Shown: piece after piece, positions 1 to 13,521 of the stretch
Layout: each line of letters starts with the position of its first letter
How positions within the stretch are numbered: position 1 is the stretch's first letter
From: Chrysomallon squamiferum
Lineage: Eukaryota > Animalia > Mollusca
Assembly: GCA_012295275.1 (NCBI GenBank)
Contig: CM022669.1
Location: 12,400,001 to 12,464,000 of the forward strand
DNA: 64,000 nucleotides
Reading direction: 5' to 3'
Notes under the pieces: generated by a model
What the model was told of the DNA's origin: nothing
The model's database searches: none
The model's input: the letters and a program-made list of their open reading frames with translations, nothing else
Made by a program: the position numbers and the translations under genes

Positions 1-30
1 CAAAACATCATTGAATCTGTTTGTGTCTAT

Positions 31-251
31 TTGCATGTATGTATGTATATGTGTATGTATGTATGTATTTTACATGTATATATGCATGTATGCATGTATG
101 TATGTATGTGCGTATGTGTACGTACGTATTTATGTATGCACGTATATACGTATATACGTATATGTGTATGTATGTATTTATGTATTGTTACATGTATATA
201 TGTATGTGTGTGTTTGTTTGTATGTATATAACTATGTATGTGTATATGTGT

Positions 252-283
<32 letters not shown>

Positions 284-410
284 AGGTGTGTGCGTATTTG
301 CGTTTGCGTTTGCGTGTGCTTATGCTTGTGCTTTTGCTTGTGCTTATGTGCACGTGAATGTGCACATACGTCTGCCTGTGTATGGTGTATGCTTGCGTGC
401 GTGCGTGCGT
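31..410. repeat. Compound (TATG)n/(TG)n/(TA)n low-complexity tract
   Basis: Directly visible; it explains the spurious ORFs at 11-610. Confidence 0.9.
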
Positions 411-771
411 CAATCTTCTTTCTTAGACTGCAAACACTTTCATGGTCAGATCTGTTACACAAACACAACAAAACACTCGCTTACACTTCACAGCGCGTGC
501 GTCGCCCGTCCAACGCCACAACTCCGTCAACGTCGTCCTGTGACTGTTTGTGTGTTTGTCGACAGCAACAACAACAGACGTCGACGGCTGACCACCACGT
601 ATTAACGTGACACGGTGACATTCTGTAATCTGCAAAGCAAACATCCGGTCCTCTGTATCGCATATGTTGCAAACAGAAAAATACACGCGTCTGGCTTTAG
701 AAGAGGGAATAGAGAGAAAGAGAGAGAGAGTGAAAAAGGTATATATATATATAAAGATAAAGAGAAAGAGG

Positions 772-857
<86 letters not shown>

Positions 858-1680
858 TAAATTAATATTATAAAATACATTTACATATTTATTTTGTACA
901 TATGTATATATATGTATATGCGTACGATTATGTGTGTGACTATGTGTGTGTGATTGTGTGTAAATATTAAAAACAAACGATTAGTAAAAGTTTTTGTTGT
1001 TGTTGTTGTTGTTATTGTTCTTCTTCTTCTTCTTTTTCTTCTTCTTCTTATTGTTAGTAGTAGTAGTATTAGTACCTTTATTATTACTGAAGTTAAAAAA
1101 ATCCAGATGAACAGTAATTCTGGATTGTAACAAGCTTTCTCTACAGTTAGACAATATATTTTTTTCCTTTATGTTATTCTGCTATTTTTGTAGCAGGTTA
1201 TTATCGTGTTTTTATTATTACTAGACGTAGTAATTTTCTTTTTAATTAGTTTTTGTTTGTGTGTGACTGTGTTTATTGTTTATTTATGTGTGCTTTTTGT
1301 ATTTTCTAATTATTTTGTATATGGTTTTATTTTTATATTATTAAAATAATTCTGACATGTTTCTCTGTCTGTCTGTGTCTGGTTGTCCGTCAGTTTGTCT
1401 GTATTAATGTCTGTGTTTGTCTGTCTATATGTATGTATGTTTGTGCATATTTATTATATACGTACGTACGTGTGTGTACATTAATGTTTGTATGTTTGTA
1501 CGTACGTACGTAGGTCTAATATGTAAGTACGAACGTCAGTTTGTGTACATGTACATATAATTTATATATACATATGTGTATATATATATAAATATATATA
1601 TATATGTACATGCACATATAATTTATATATACATATACATACATATATATATATATATATACACACTCATATATATATAT

Positions 1681-1731
<51 letters not shown>

Positions 1732-2217
1732 TGTGTACATTCGTAATCACGTGCATGTGTCTCGGCCTGGGAAAACCTTATTAACATAAGTTTTGTCTGC
1801 TAAGCTAACAGTTTCTTTCCGACAGAAGATAAAAATCTACAATCGTGTTAATATAGTGAAGCTGTTAAGTAGATGAACAGCACGTTTTAGTAAGACTCGG
1901 ACCCATTAACACCCTGAGATGCTGAGAAACCATGCATGACACGCCACGGTGCATACGAAATGCTAATGTGTAACGCTCCAGCGATTATTATAAATCGCTT
2001 ATTATTAATGCAAAACAAATAATCGCCACTGTTCATATTTTCCCAGCCGTAGGTGATACGCAAATTGGCCATAAATTAACCGTGTTTTTAGTTTATCGTT
2101 AACAAAAATAAAAAAAATAAGAAAAAAAATAAGAAAAAAAAAAAAGAAAAAAATTAAAGATTTATTTACAAACATAAACACACACACACCCTCTCTCTCA
2201 CTCTCTCTCTCTCACCC

Positions 2218-2331
<114 letters not shown>

Positions 2332-2839
2332 CAAAGTCAATATTGGTTTTAATAGACCATTATATATCAATATTGGTCTTAGCGTGTGACATACAGGTGT
2401 TATGCATCTTAACAAAGTCCCCGTCTGATTGGGACAACCCACGGTCAAATATGGCTGACCGCGTTGTTTTACAGCTGTTTAAGTTTGGCGTTATTGCACG
2501 CACGTCGTTAATAGCTAAACCTCCGAGTGACAGGTTTATTTTCGTTTCATTCACTTGTTACCGACAGAGGTTCACCGATTATTCTATTACTGCAATAATA
2601 TTTAAATTTTAATGCTAATTAACTCGACGTATATGCTAATTAGTGCTAAGAATTTTGGAACAGTAAATCAAAGGTGTAGATTTTCGGTGTTTGGCGATGT
2701 TAACGGATTCGAACAAAATCTGTGGAAAAATCAGATAAAAATAAATCATATAAAATTATTTAGGAACTGGTTTATTAGTGTATTTGGTATAGAATAATTC
2801 ATGTGTATTAGATTCTTTAAATTATTAAGTGAAGATTTA

Positions 2840-3420
2840 GTGCTACTGGTGTTACTGTTACTACTACTGCTACTACTGCTGCTACTACTACTGCAATTAC
2901 TGCTGCTACTACTACTACTACTACTACTATTACTACTACTACTACTGCTACTACTACTGTTTCTACAGCTACTGCTATTACTACTGTTAGTACTACTATT
3001 ATTACTACTACCATTATCACTATTACTATTACTGCTGCTTTGACTACTACTACTTCTGTTGCTACTACTACTATTGCTTCTGCTGTTGCTACCACTACTA
3101 CTGCTACAACTTCTACTGTAACGTCATTTCTATTATTACCATACTGTGGCATGTACACACATATATACACATAATAATAATAACAACGGCAATAGTTTAG
3201 AAGTAATAACTGTAACAATAGCAGCTATAGATTAGTTGTTGTAGTAGTAGTTGTAGTAGTCGTGGTGCTAGTAGTAATAGTAAATGTCGTATTCGTAAAT
3301 TAATTTTATTATTAATGATAGCATTAGTCTTACCAATAACAGTAGCTGTAAAAGTTAAAGTACACAAGTTGTTAAAGCAGTAGTAACAGTAGTAGCAGTG
3401 GTACAGTGATAGCAGACGTA

Positions 3421-3451
<31 letters not shown>

Positions 3452-3900
3452 TGTTGTTGTTGTTGTTGTTGTTATGTCCTTCACTAATAGCTGTAGAGGA
3501 GAATGAGTAACAGAGCAGTAGTAACTGTAGTATTAAAATTAGAACTTAACCAAGTATTAGCAATTGTAACAGTTCTTTTAGTAGTTATAGTAGAAGTAGT
3601 ACTGGTAGAAGAAACTGTATAAGTTGTAGTAGAGTAGTATAGTTTAAAAGATGTAATGGTAATGGTTGTGACTACCAGCAGTTCTTGTGGTGTTGATGTA
3701 CTTGTTGTAGTAGTGGTGGTAGAGTAGAAACAGCAGTTGATGTAGGGTAGTAGTAGTTGTAGTATTAGTAGTAAAATTTAAAGAAGTAATAGTAGTGGTT
3801 ACGATTACTAGAAGCATTCGTAGTATTAGAGTAGAACTAGTAGTACAGCAGTAGTTGTAGAATTAGTAGCAGACTTTGAAGAAGTTGTACTAGTTGTTGT
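2840..3900. repeat. Degenerate (CTA)n followed by opposite-strand (GTA)n trinucleotide field
   Basis: (CTA)-type at about 2840-3120 and (GTA/GTT)-type at about 3230-3900. Confidence 0.85.
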
Positions 3901-4539
3901 AATACCGTGACTGGGCTTGTCAGTTATAATTTTATTTTAGTAACAGATGTAAAGAAGAAAAAAGTCATGTTTTTTGTTTTGATATTCTGCATTTTTTGGC
4001 CATAAAATAATAATAATAAAAAAAACCCCAGTTTTAATTAATTTCGCTAATTTATTCAGCTCTGAAACTTAATGAACCATGATGCAGTTTGCATTTGCAA
4101 AGCGATGCAATTAGATACTGCTGTGAAGGCCAATCTCTTTTGTTTCCTGCTAAAACAGCCCACAGCAGACGTTTGTCGTCGTGAAAGAGTTGACGTCGTC
4201 GTTTTTACTCCATTTGCGTAACGCCTCCATTCATTAAACGTTAATAATATGGTAGCCTGAAAAAAACAAAAAACAAAAAACCCACCCGTAATTAAAGCGA
4301 TTTCCTGTGTTTTAGTATGCTGTCTTTTGGGCCTCAAGATCATTTATTTATCGTTGGTACAATATCTGCTTATAATCTCGTTAACGTAATAAAGTTTACG
4401 TTTTGAAAGATGACATTGGTTAGTTGCTGTTTCTTTCATTTTTTTTGTCTGTATCTGTCTTTCTTTCTGTAGATATTTCTCTCCCTATCACTGTCTATAA
4501 CTGTTTCTTTCCTGTATTTCTCTGTCTCTGTTTTTTCCC

Positions 4540-4662
<123 letters not shown>

Positions 4663-5242
4663 TACTTTGTCAGAACTACAAATTACAGAAACTCACAAAC
4701 TGAGAAAACTCCTGAATACTAAAATTCACGTAAAACACACGAGCATGTTATACAAGCCAACAACAAACAAAACAATATCTCTTCCTTATCCGTTCACTAT
4801 TACAAATATAAAAAAACAAACAAAAGTGGATAAACAAACAATATAAACGTCGATGCAGACATGCAACCTTACGCAATAATTTATTAATGTAACACAACAT
4901 TATCTTTTCTAGTTCTTTTCCTGATAGAAATTTCATCTTTTCACAGGTTTTTTTTTTTTTGTTGTAGTTGTTGTTTTTAACCCTTTCAGTGCTTGAACAC
5001 AGCAAGTGGGAATATTACGGAATAATTAGCTACCTTTAGTTTTAATCAAGCGTATTTGAAAATGAAAGCGCTGCATGTATTTAAAACGAGATCTGGGATT
5101 TAGTTTCCAAAAACGGAGTCTCTTCCAGGATTAAATATTAAAACAAAATTCTTATAATAGTCTCTTTAAAAATAAACCTTTTATTAACCTTTTTGCTTGG
5201 AAACTCGTCCACGCAAGTAAAAAAACAAATATGACACATACT

Positions 5243-5642
<400 letters not shown>

Positions 5643-5797
5643 CTAGATTTTAGGCCACGCTTCATTTAACCCTGCTCAGCTAGACGTGTCCATGTATTCT
5701 CGCTTCACTGAAAAGCGTGTTAATAATATAAGCATGTTCATTTGCCTCGCGACAATAGGGACGTGTCGATAATATCTCGGTCTGACTAAACAGTCTG

Positions 5798-5811
5798 CCA
5801 CTAGGTGGCGC
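5798..5811 (+). promoter_or_regulatory. CTCF-like binding motif (forward)
   Basis: CCACTAGGTGGCGC matches the CTCF core consensus CCASYAGRKGGCRS at all 14 positions. It sits in a CpG-rich island (5640-5880). Confidence 0.6.
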
Positions 5812-5892
5812 ACCTATTCTCGCGCTTTTTGGGCCCTCATGCAAATAATTCTTCGTGATTGACAAAACGTAAATACAAATTAATATCGTGTT

Positions 5893-5933
<41 letters not shown>

Positions 5934-6467
5934 CTCGTTAATTGTTATCAATAGAAAAATGATTCTGTGTAAATTCGAATTAATAGTGTCTATAGCTGAA
6001 CTCCAGTGAGAGAAAACAGAATAGAAAAATAGGGTTTTTAGTGTCAGCGACAAATGTTACTGTGCGGATGAAAAAAAATGGCTATTCAAGTGAAATGATT
6101 CGGTGTTTGCATTTCACGCGTTTTTTCTTTATATTTGCATTTATTTGATCTGGTATCATGCGTCTGTGAAACGTATGCACATTTGTGTGCATATTTTGCA
6201 TGTGTGTCTATGATTCATCTTTTTTTTTTTTTTTTTTTTTTTTTTAATCTATTTGTCTTTCCATGGGCTTTATTGCAGCCGTTTTTCTTATTTATATATT
6301 TTTTTTTTTGCTTGTTACTTTCATTTGTTATTTTTTTTTTAGATATTGTTGTCGTGTATTTAAAAAAATTAATTTTGATGTTAATATTGTCCATAAGTTC
6401 CTTTTTGCATTAATTTTATGTCTGCAGTACACGTATATGATGTTGGTTATTGTGCACGTGTTAACGT

Positions 6468-6655
<188 letters not shown>

Positions 6656-6814
6656 TAAAAATAAATAAATAAATAAAAAAATAAATAAAAATATACATAA
6701 ATAAATACAAAAAGAATAATAATACAGTTTTTGAATTTAAAATCTGAAATCAGTTACCATCCCATGACATGGCATCACCATGTAAATCATTAAATTTTAT
6801 GTGTTAACATATGA

Positions 6815-6911
<97 letters not shown>

Positions 6912-9359
6912 CTGTCTGAATGTTTTTTTTGTTTGTTTTTATTATTCTTTAGTGCTTAGCTAAACAATCTCGACTGTTGAATAAAAATTTAATGCGATTT
7001 TTATCTTATGAATTAATCATAAGTTTGTATATTCATAAATACAAATTCAGATCTTAAGGAAACATTCACTAATTAAAAAATGATAAATAAATAAATAAAT
7101 CATTGTGACGTTAGATTTAAATTTTAAAATGAATATAATGACACAATATCGTGGTAGCAGATGATGTTTAAAAATCATATTTATAAAAACATCTTAAAGA
7201 TTTATTTCAATACACTTAGAAAAAAAAGTTATAAAATAATATACATTAAATATGAACAGCAATACCCATATTGACAACAACGAGAACAACAACAACAACA
7301 ACAACAACAACAGAAATATTCACAATACTAATACTAATGTTAATACTAATGTTAATATAACTACTACTATTACTACTGCTACTATCATAACCACTACTAC
7401 TACCGTAACTACTACTACTACTGCTACTACTACTACTACTAATAGTAATAATAATAATGATGATTATAAAATATGAAAATAAAATTATTTACCAAAAGAT
7501 TATTATTATTGTGATGATGAGGATGATAATGATGATCATTAGCATAATGATGAACACGGTAATAACCAAAGTAAGATAAATAAAGAACTATCATAAAATT
7601 TAAAATTTATTATAAAGGAATTCAGACAGAGTGCATAATAATTCTTAATAATATATATTTTTAAATGAGGTAAGCAGAATATATATATATTCATACACAC
7701 AAACACATTCACACAAACACAAAAATATGAAATCTGCAGTATGAATTAAAAAATTGGAAATATAATGTGTAGTATTAGTTATTATCATGTTATTATAATG
7801 AAAATAAGGATATTAAAAATAATTTTGTTGACATTATTATTATTATTATTATTGTTATTTATATTATTATTATTAGAAGTAGTAGTAGCAGCAGCAGTAC
7901 TAATAGTAGTATTAGTAGTAGTAATAAAATAGTATTGTTATTATTATTATTATTATTTATTTATATTATCATTATCATTACCATCATTATAATAATAACA
8001 ATAATTGTTGTCATTGTTGTTGTTGTTGTTGTTATTCTTGCTGATATTACTATTAGTAGTAACAGCAACAACAATAACAACAATAAAAGCAGTAATGATA
8101 ATTAAAAACGAGATTATGATTATGATGTTGATGATATATTAATATTGTAATTATTATAATGGTTAGTGATAGTGAAAATAGCATTTTTAGTTATAGTAGT
8201 AGTATGAACGTTAATAGAGCTTATGAGAAAAAAGTATCTGTCTTTGTTAGTGTCATCAGCTGATATAGCAGTATATAAGTATTAGTAATAATAAAAATGT
8301 TTGTAGCAGTTGTTGTAGTATTATATATATATATATATAGTATTTGTGCTAGTATTGGTAATAGTACAGTTGCTTATGTTATTATGTTGTTAAAATATAT
8401 AGCTCGCTATATGCATTTATAAATATATAAATATATATAACTCGTAAATAAATAAATAAATAAATGTGTGTGTTTGTATACAATGCATGTATTGTGTATA
8501 TGCATATATGCACATGTGTGTATATATGTATGTGTGCATATCTATCTATCTATCTATCTATCTATATATATATATATATATGTATGCACATATGTACATA
8601 TATATGTATGTATGTATGTATATATATACATATAAATGAATGAATGAATGAATAAATGAATAAATAAACATATATAAATAAATAAATATATATATATATA
8701 AAAATATCTTCACAAAGTAATTAAAATGACTAAACAAACAAAGAGAAAGTTTACTTTACCCATACCGCCTCGCAACAGTCGTACCATTATTGAACAAACT
8801 GTTTTGTTTTCGCGACGAGCATTATTCGAAAGTGATCAAGCGTCGAGATCTGGTTCCGGTGTTAGTGAACAGGCAGCTGAATGAAAACAAACATTTTCTT
8901 ACAATCGTGCTTCATCGCTCGCTCGGTTCTCTCACTTAATTCAAACCGCAAGAAAATCAAGAAAGAGATTCTGTTTACTTAATTACGGGAAGTTCGAACT
9001 AAAAAACGCCTTTACCGTTGTTGTAACCATCCATCCCCCGAAACCCGAGAGTGACTTTTCGCTTTACCGCTATTGTTCGTTGCTAATGGAAATTCTAAGA
9101 TCACAAGGATCAGAACTTAATCCTTGAAATGGCGGTTAGATCTCTTTGAAAATAAATAAATAAATAAAAAAAATAAAAATAAAAATAAAACAGCCGAAGT
9201 CACTCACCGAAAATTTCCTTAGGCCATTTTTTGAAGTCGTAATACATCTCTCTTTCGTTACATAGAAACGAAATTAGAATATTTTTAGCAAAAAAATTCA
9301 GAATTTTAAATTTTATTTACGTTTATATTGTTATATGTTTACTTTGAAAAAAAATATAA

Positions 9360-9429
<70 letters not shown>

Positions 9430-9519
9430 TTACTTTCTCGAGTTTAATTTAGTTTATTAATATTAATTTAACCTAACGGTACAAGTATCTTTATAATCGG
9501 CCAACAGTTCTTCAAATCG

Positions 9520-9940
9520 CATAAAAGCAATTGACAAACATTTGCTGAGGAGGCTGGATTTAACAACGCCCACCGGGAATTGATTGACAGGCGATAATGA
9601 GAAACGTTCCGTATGACAGGACGGACGAGAGATGGGCGGAGTTATCGGGGATTTGAAGTATATGATAGAGAGGCGACTGTTTGTATTTTTATTATGAAGA
9701 GCAAAGCTTGTAAAAAGCATGACAAGAGGTAAAAACCAATGAGTTAATTTACTAACCGGGTTTACTTTGCGACGGAGGGTAGATGTGTGTTTTAGGAGAC
9801 GACAAAATGTCAGATAAATTTCTCGTCGTCGTTTTGTGTGTGGTGATGATTCTGATTCTCTGACGTGTCAGTGTTGATTCGCAGAACGTAAATAACCAGT
9901 GTGAATTATCGCCTCACCTGTTTCACACACGAATCAAATC
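9520..9940 (+). promoter_or_regulatory. Putative FoxB proximal promoter
   Basis: CpG-rich complex block directly upstream of an ATG-free leader. It contains a perfect PBX-PKNOX/MEIS decamer TGATTGACAG (9581-9590), a GC box GGGCGGAGT (9634-9642), a CCAAT box (9736-9740), a CRE half-site TGACGT (9862-9867) and a forkhead-type GTAAATA (9888-9894). The TSS cannot be determined from sequence. Confidence 0.6.
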
Positions 9941-9980
9941 AGCGAGACATAAAAAAAAAAAAAAAAGAATAATAGAAAAA

Positions 9981-10011
<31 letters not shown>

Positions 10012-10144
10012 GAAAATAAACAGTGGAGAAGAAGTATTATATATATATATATATATAGAGATATCATAAACAAACTTTTGTGCTTCGTTTCATCCTGGAA
10101 CTTCAACGTTGTCGCCAACGACAACAACAACAACAACGACAACG

Positions 10145-11110
10145 ATGCCGCGACCGGGACGAAACAGCTACGACGAGCAGAAGCCGCCGTATTCGTACAT
10201 CGCGCTGACGGCGATGGCAATTCAGAGTTCGGGAGAGAAGATGCTGCCGCTGAGTGACATTTACAAGTTCATCATGGACAACTTCCCCTTCTACCGGAAA
10301 AACACGCAGAGGTGGCAGAACTCGCTGCGTCACAACCTGTCCTTCAACGACTGCTTCATCAAGATCCCGCGCCGTCCCGACCGGCCGGGGAAGGGCAGCT
10401 ACTGGGCGCTGCACCCAATGTGCGGGGACATGTTCGAGAACGGGAGTTTCCTGCGACGACGCAAACGATTCAAGCTTCGCTTTCAGCAGCACGCGGCGGA
10501 GATCAAGTCCGGTCTGGAGGCCGCGGCTTTCTTGCAAGAGCAGGCTCGACTACGACTGCAGCAGCTGGCGCCGGGGTCGCGGTTCCAGCCCTACCCCCTC
10601 CCGGCGGCCCACGCCCCGGCTCATCACAAACAGTCTTTCAGGATCGAGAACCTCATCTCTCCGGACTACAAGAGCTCGTCGCTCTTGCCTCAGCCCTACC
10701 TGCCGTCCCCGTTGCCGGCGTTCGCCAGCCAGTTCCCCGGGAGTCTGATGCCCAGCAGTCTGGTGTCGCCGTACACGGGGACGGACATGCCGGCGTCGTT
10801 GTCGGCGTCGTTTTCTTCGCTGTCGGCGAGCATCGCTTCAAGGTACGGGACGATGGCGAACGAGTATCACAGTCTGCTGAAGAGCGCGTGTTCGGAACAT
10901 ATCGGATCCGCGATCAGCGTCCCCATCAAACCGTCGCCCATTAACGCTCTCACCCTCCTGGGATCTCGTCCACCCAACCCACGTCATTCCCCGGGGTCGG
11001 GATCCCCACCTTCGTCGACGACGACGCCCAGTGTCGAATCAGTCATATCCAGTCCAGTCGTTGTGCCACTGACGTCAACGTCGTTACTTTCTATAAGTTC
11101 TGTGAGATGA
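10145..11110 (+). CDS. FoxB: Forkhead box B transcription factor (FoxB), single coding exon, 321 aa
   Basis: ATG at 10145 (context AACG-ATG) to TGA at 11108-11110. The N-terminus [29 protein letters not shown]...[54 protein letters not shown] is the FoxB-subfamily forkhead domain. An eh1-like motif FRIENLI and a Pro/Ser-rich C-terminus follow. The region is much more GC-rich than its flanks. The ORF-track start at 10109 is a TTG upstream of an (ACA)n tract. Confidence 0.97.
   Translation: MPRPGRNSYDEQKPPYSYIALTAMAIQSSGEKMLPLSDIYKFIMDNFPFYRKNTQRWQNSLRHNLSFNDCFIKIPRRPDRPGKGSYWALHPMCGDMFENGSFLRRRKRFKLRFQQHAAEIKSGLEAAAFLQEQARLRLQQLAPGSRFQPYPLPAAHAPAHHKQSFRIENLISPDYKSSSLLPQPYLPSPLPAFASQFPGSLMPSSLVSPYTGTDMPASLSASFSSLSASIASRYGTMANEYHSLLKSACSEHIGSAISVPIKPSPINALTLLGSRPPNPRHSPGSGSPPSSTTTPSVESVISSPVVVPLTSTSLLSISSVR
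10637..10657 (+). other. eh1 (Groucho/TLE-binding) motif coding segment, FRIENLI
   Basis: Matches the eh1 consensus F-S/x-I-x-x-I/L-I/L. It lies C-terminal to the forkhead domain, as is known for FoxB proteins. Confidence 0.85.
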
Positions 11111-12132
11111 TGGGAAGAAATCAAAAAATGGCCGGTGAATTAAAGTGCTAAAAAGTGAGAGAAAAAAAAAAAAGAAGAAAGAAAAGAAGAAAACAGTGAG
11201 AGAGAGATAGAGAGAAAGTTTTTATTTCAGGAATTTTTTTTTTTTTTTTTTTGGTTGGTTTTTTTTCAATTTTTAAAAAATATTTAAACTGAAAAAAAAA
11301 AACAAGGACAAGACAAACAGAACATTTGTTTTTAAAACGTGATTGATTACGTCAGTTTTTGGGAGCATTATTTCTAACAAGCCAAAGACTTAATTCTTTA
11401 GTTTCGTAAAGGTAAGCAAATAAATACAAAAATTGCTTATATTATTATTATTAATATTATTATGATATATAATTTTATTTTAATCTTTATCTTATTTTAT
11501 TTTTTTGTTTTTGTACTTTATGTTTTAGAAAGCTTTAATCTGGAATGGTTAAATTCACGTTTGGTTAAAGAGTAATTGTGTTTAATTATTATTATTTTTT
11601 CTTCTAAATGTCGAAAAAGATACGTCTTTTCGTTAGTGAAAACATCTGAAAACTTTTCAACAAACGAAATCCGAAAACTTGTGTCATATCGTCTGTTTTC
11701 GTCACGATCCTTTTATCGTACAAGTGTGATGTTCTGCAATTTATGACAGTGTTAAATATGTATATTAAAATTATTTGAAAAGATTACTAATGTCGACTTA
11801 TTCATGTGTTGCAAATTAACAGTAGATTGTTCAAAAATCTCTTTTTATTCGGCGGTTTGAATACTGCAGTAAATAACAACAATAGTTATTCTAATACACT
11901 GATATATGAAGGACTAAACACCATACGCATTTCTTTTCACACACACCCACACAACAGGTTACACTCTGAAATAATTATGACAGAGCAGGGATTATGTTTG
12001 AAAATAGACAAAACTCTTAATAATAGTTGAGTATCTCCATTATAAAATATAATATTTAAAAATATATAAATACAACCAAAATGATTGCTTGTATTAAAAA
12101 TATTAAACAGTTACTGACAATTTGTTTGATAC

Positions 12133-12186
<54 letters not shown>

Positions 12187-13168
12187 TTAATAATAATAAT
12201 AATAATTATAATATAATAATAATAATAAATATAATAATTAGAGATTACTGATTTTATTTAAAAGCAAAATGAGATCTAACTTACTGATTAATGAATTTTT
12301 GATGTAAAAAAATAAATTAACATGCCTTTGAGTATTTTATTAAATAGGTGAGAATTACATCCTTACCTTAACTGCAAGACAGAACAGAGTTAATGTTTCA
12401 CACCTAACAAAAATAGTTTTAAAAATGGATCATAATATTTTAATCGTTTTTGTAGGAACTACGTAAACAAGTACTGTAATGCAATCAATATCCATACAAA
12501 ACATATATATATATATAAATAATATAATATATATACACACACATGTATATATGTATGTATACATATACAAAAAAATGCATAAAACATTTCAAAAAATGAC
12601 AAAACTCATAATACACGCTAATAAATGTAGGTACATATTTCTAAAGATCCTTGATTATAAATAATCAAACAACATCCACGCAAACTGACACGCACATACA
12701 CAACACACATTATTTAAAAAAGACAAGAATAAAAATTAAAAATATTTGAAATGTTCAGTTTAGTTTAATTTTTCCAATTTTTTTTTTTTTTTTTTTTTAT
12801 TTTCTGTTATGTTAAAACTGTTTACACTGTAATTGATTTTTAAGTGTCATTTCTAAATTTAATAACAGAAATACATTATTAATTTACTAATAACATGAAT
12901 ATTTATTAAACTACATAGAAAATGAAACAGAATTGAATTTCTTTATTTATTGAATCTGAAATATTTTCGAACCATTTCATTTGTAATAATAGTAAAATTT
13001 AATATAGTTTTGATAAGTGTACATACATATCTATAAGTATACATATGATAGTCAAAATTTTATATGTATATATATAGATTAATATTCAAACACAAACATA
13101 CATTTATATACACATATACATACATACATTCGTACATTCATACATTCACACATACATACATACACATA

Positions 13169-13202
<34 letters not shown>

Positions 13203-13470
13203 CATACAAACTCTCATAAAATAAATTATATACTTATAGGTATTTATATACGCACATTATTATATATATATTTATATATATATATACAAAACACACATTG
13301 AATAGCATTGTAATATATCAATACATTAAAAAGAAAATATAATGAAACCTACCCAACTGTAAACGATTTTCGATATTTTTGTCAATGAACTAAAGCGATA
13401 AAAAAATAATTAAATACAAAATAAAATACACGAAGTGTGAGAACAAAGTCGATCTGATTAAAAATAATAA

Positions 13471-13521
<51 letters not shown>

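Noticed and set aside
524-587. 64-nt imperfect hairpin (CCGTCAACGTC...GACGTCGACGG) as a pre-miRNA
   Set aside because: Large asymmetric bulge, no proper terminal loop, one arm is a (CAA)n repeat, and no match to a miRNA I know.
11-873. Cys/Val/Tyr/His-rich and (RE)n ORFs
   Set aside because: Translations of (TATG)n, (TG)n and (GA)n microsatellites.
10103-10944. Overlapping ORFs 10103-10537 (-), 10254-10748 (+), 10312-10944 (+) and 10653-10841 (-)
   Set aside because: Shadow frames of the GC-rich FoxB coding sequence; stop-poor antisense frames are expected over such codons.
11400-11790. FoxB poly(A) signal (AATAAA at 11419 or ATTAAA at 11764) and an AAG|GTAAGC donor near 11411
   Set aside because: These hexamers are too frequent in this AT-rich DNA to assign without 3'-end data.
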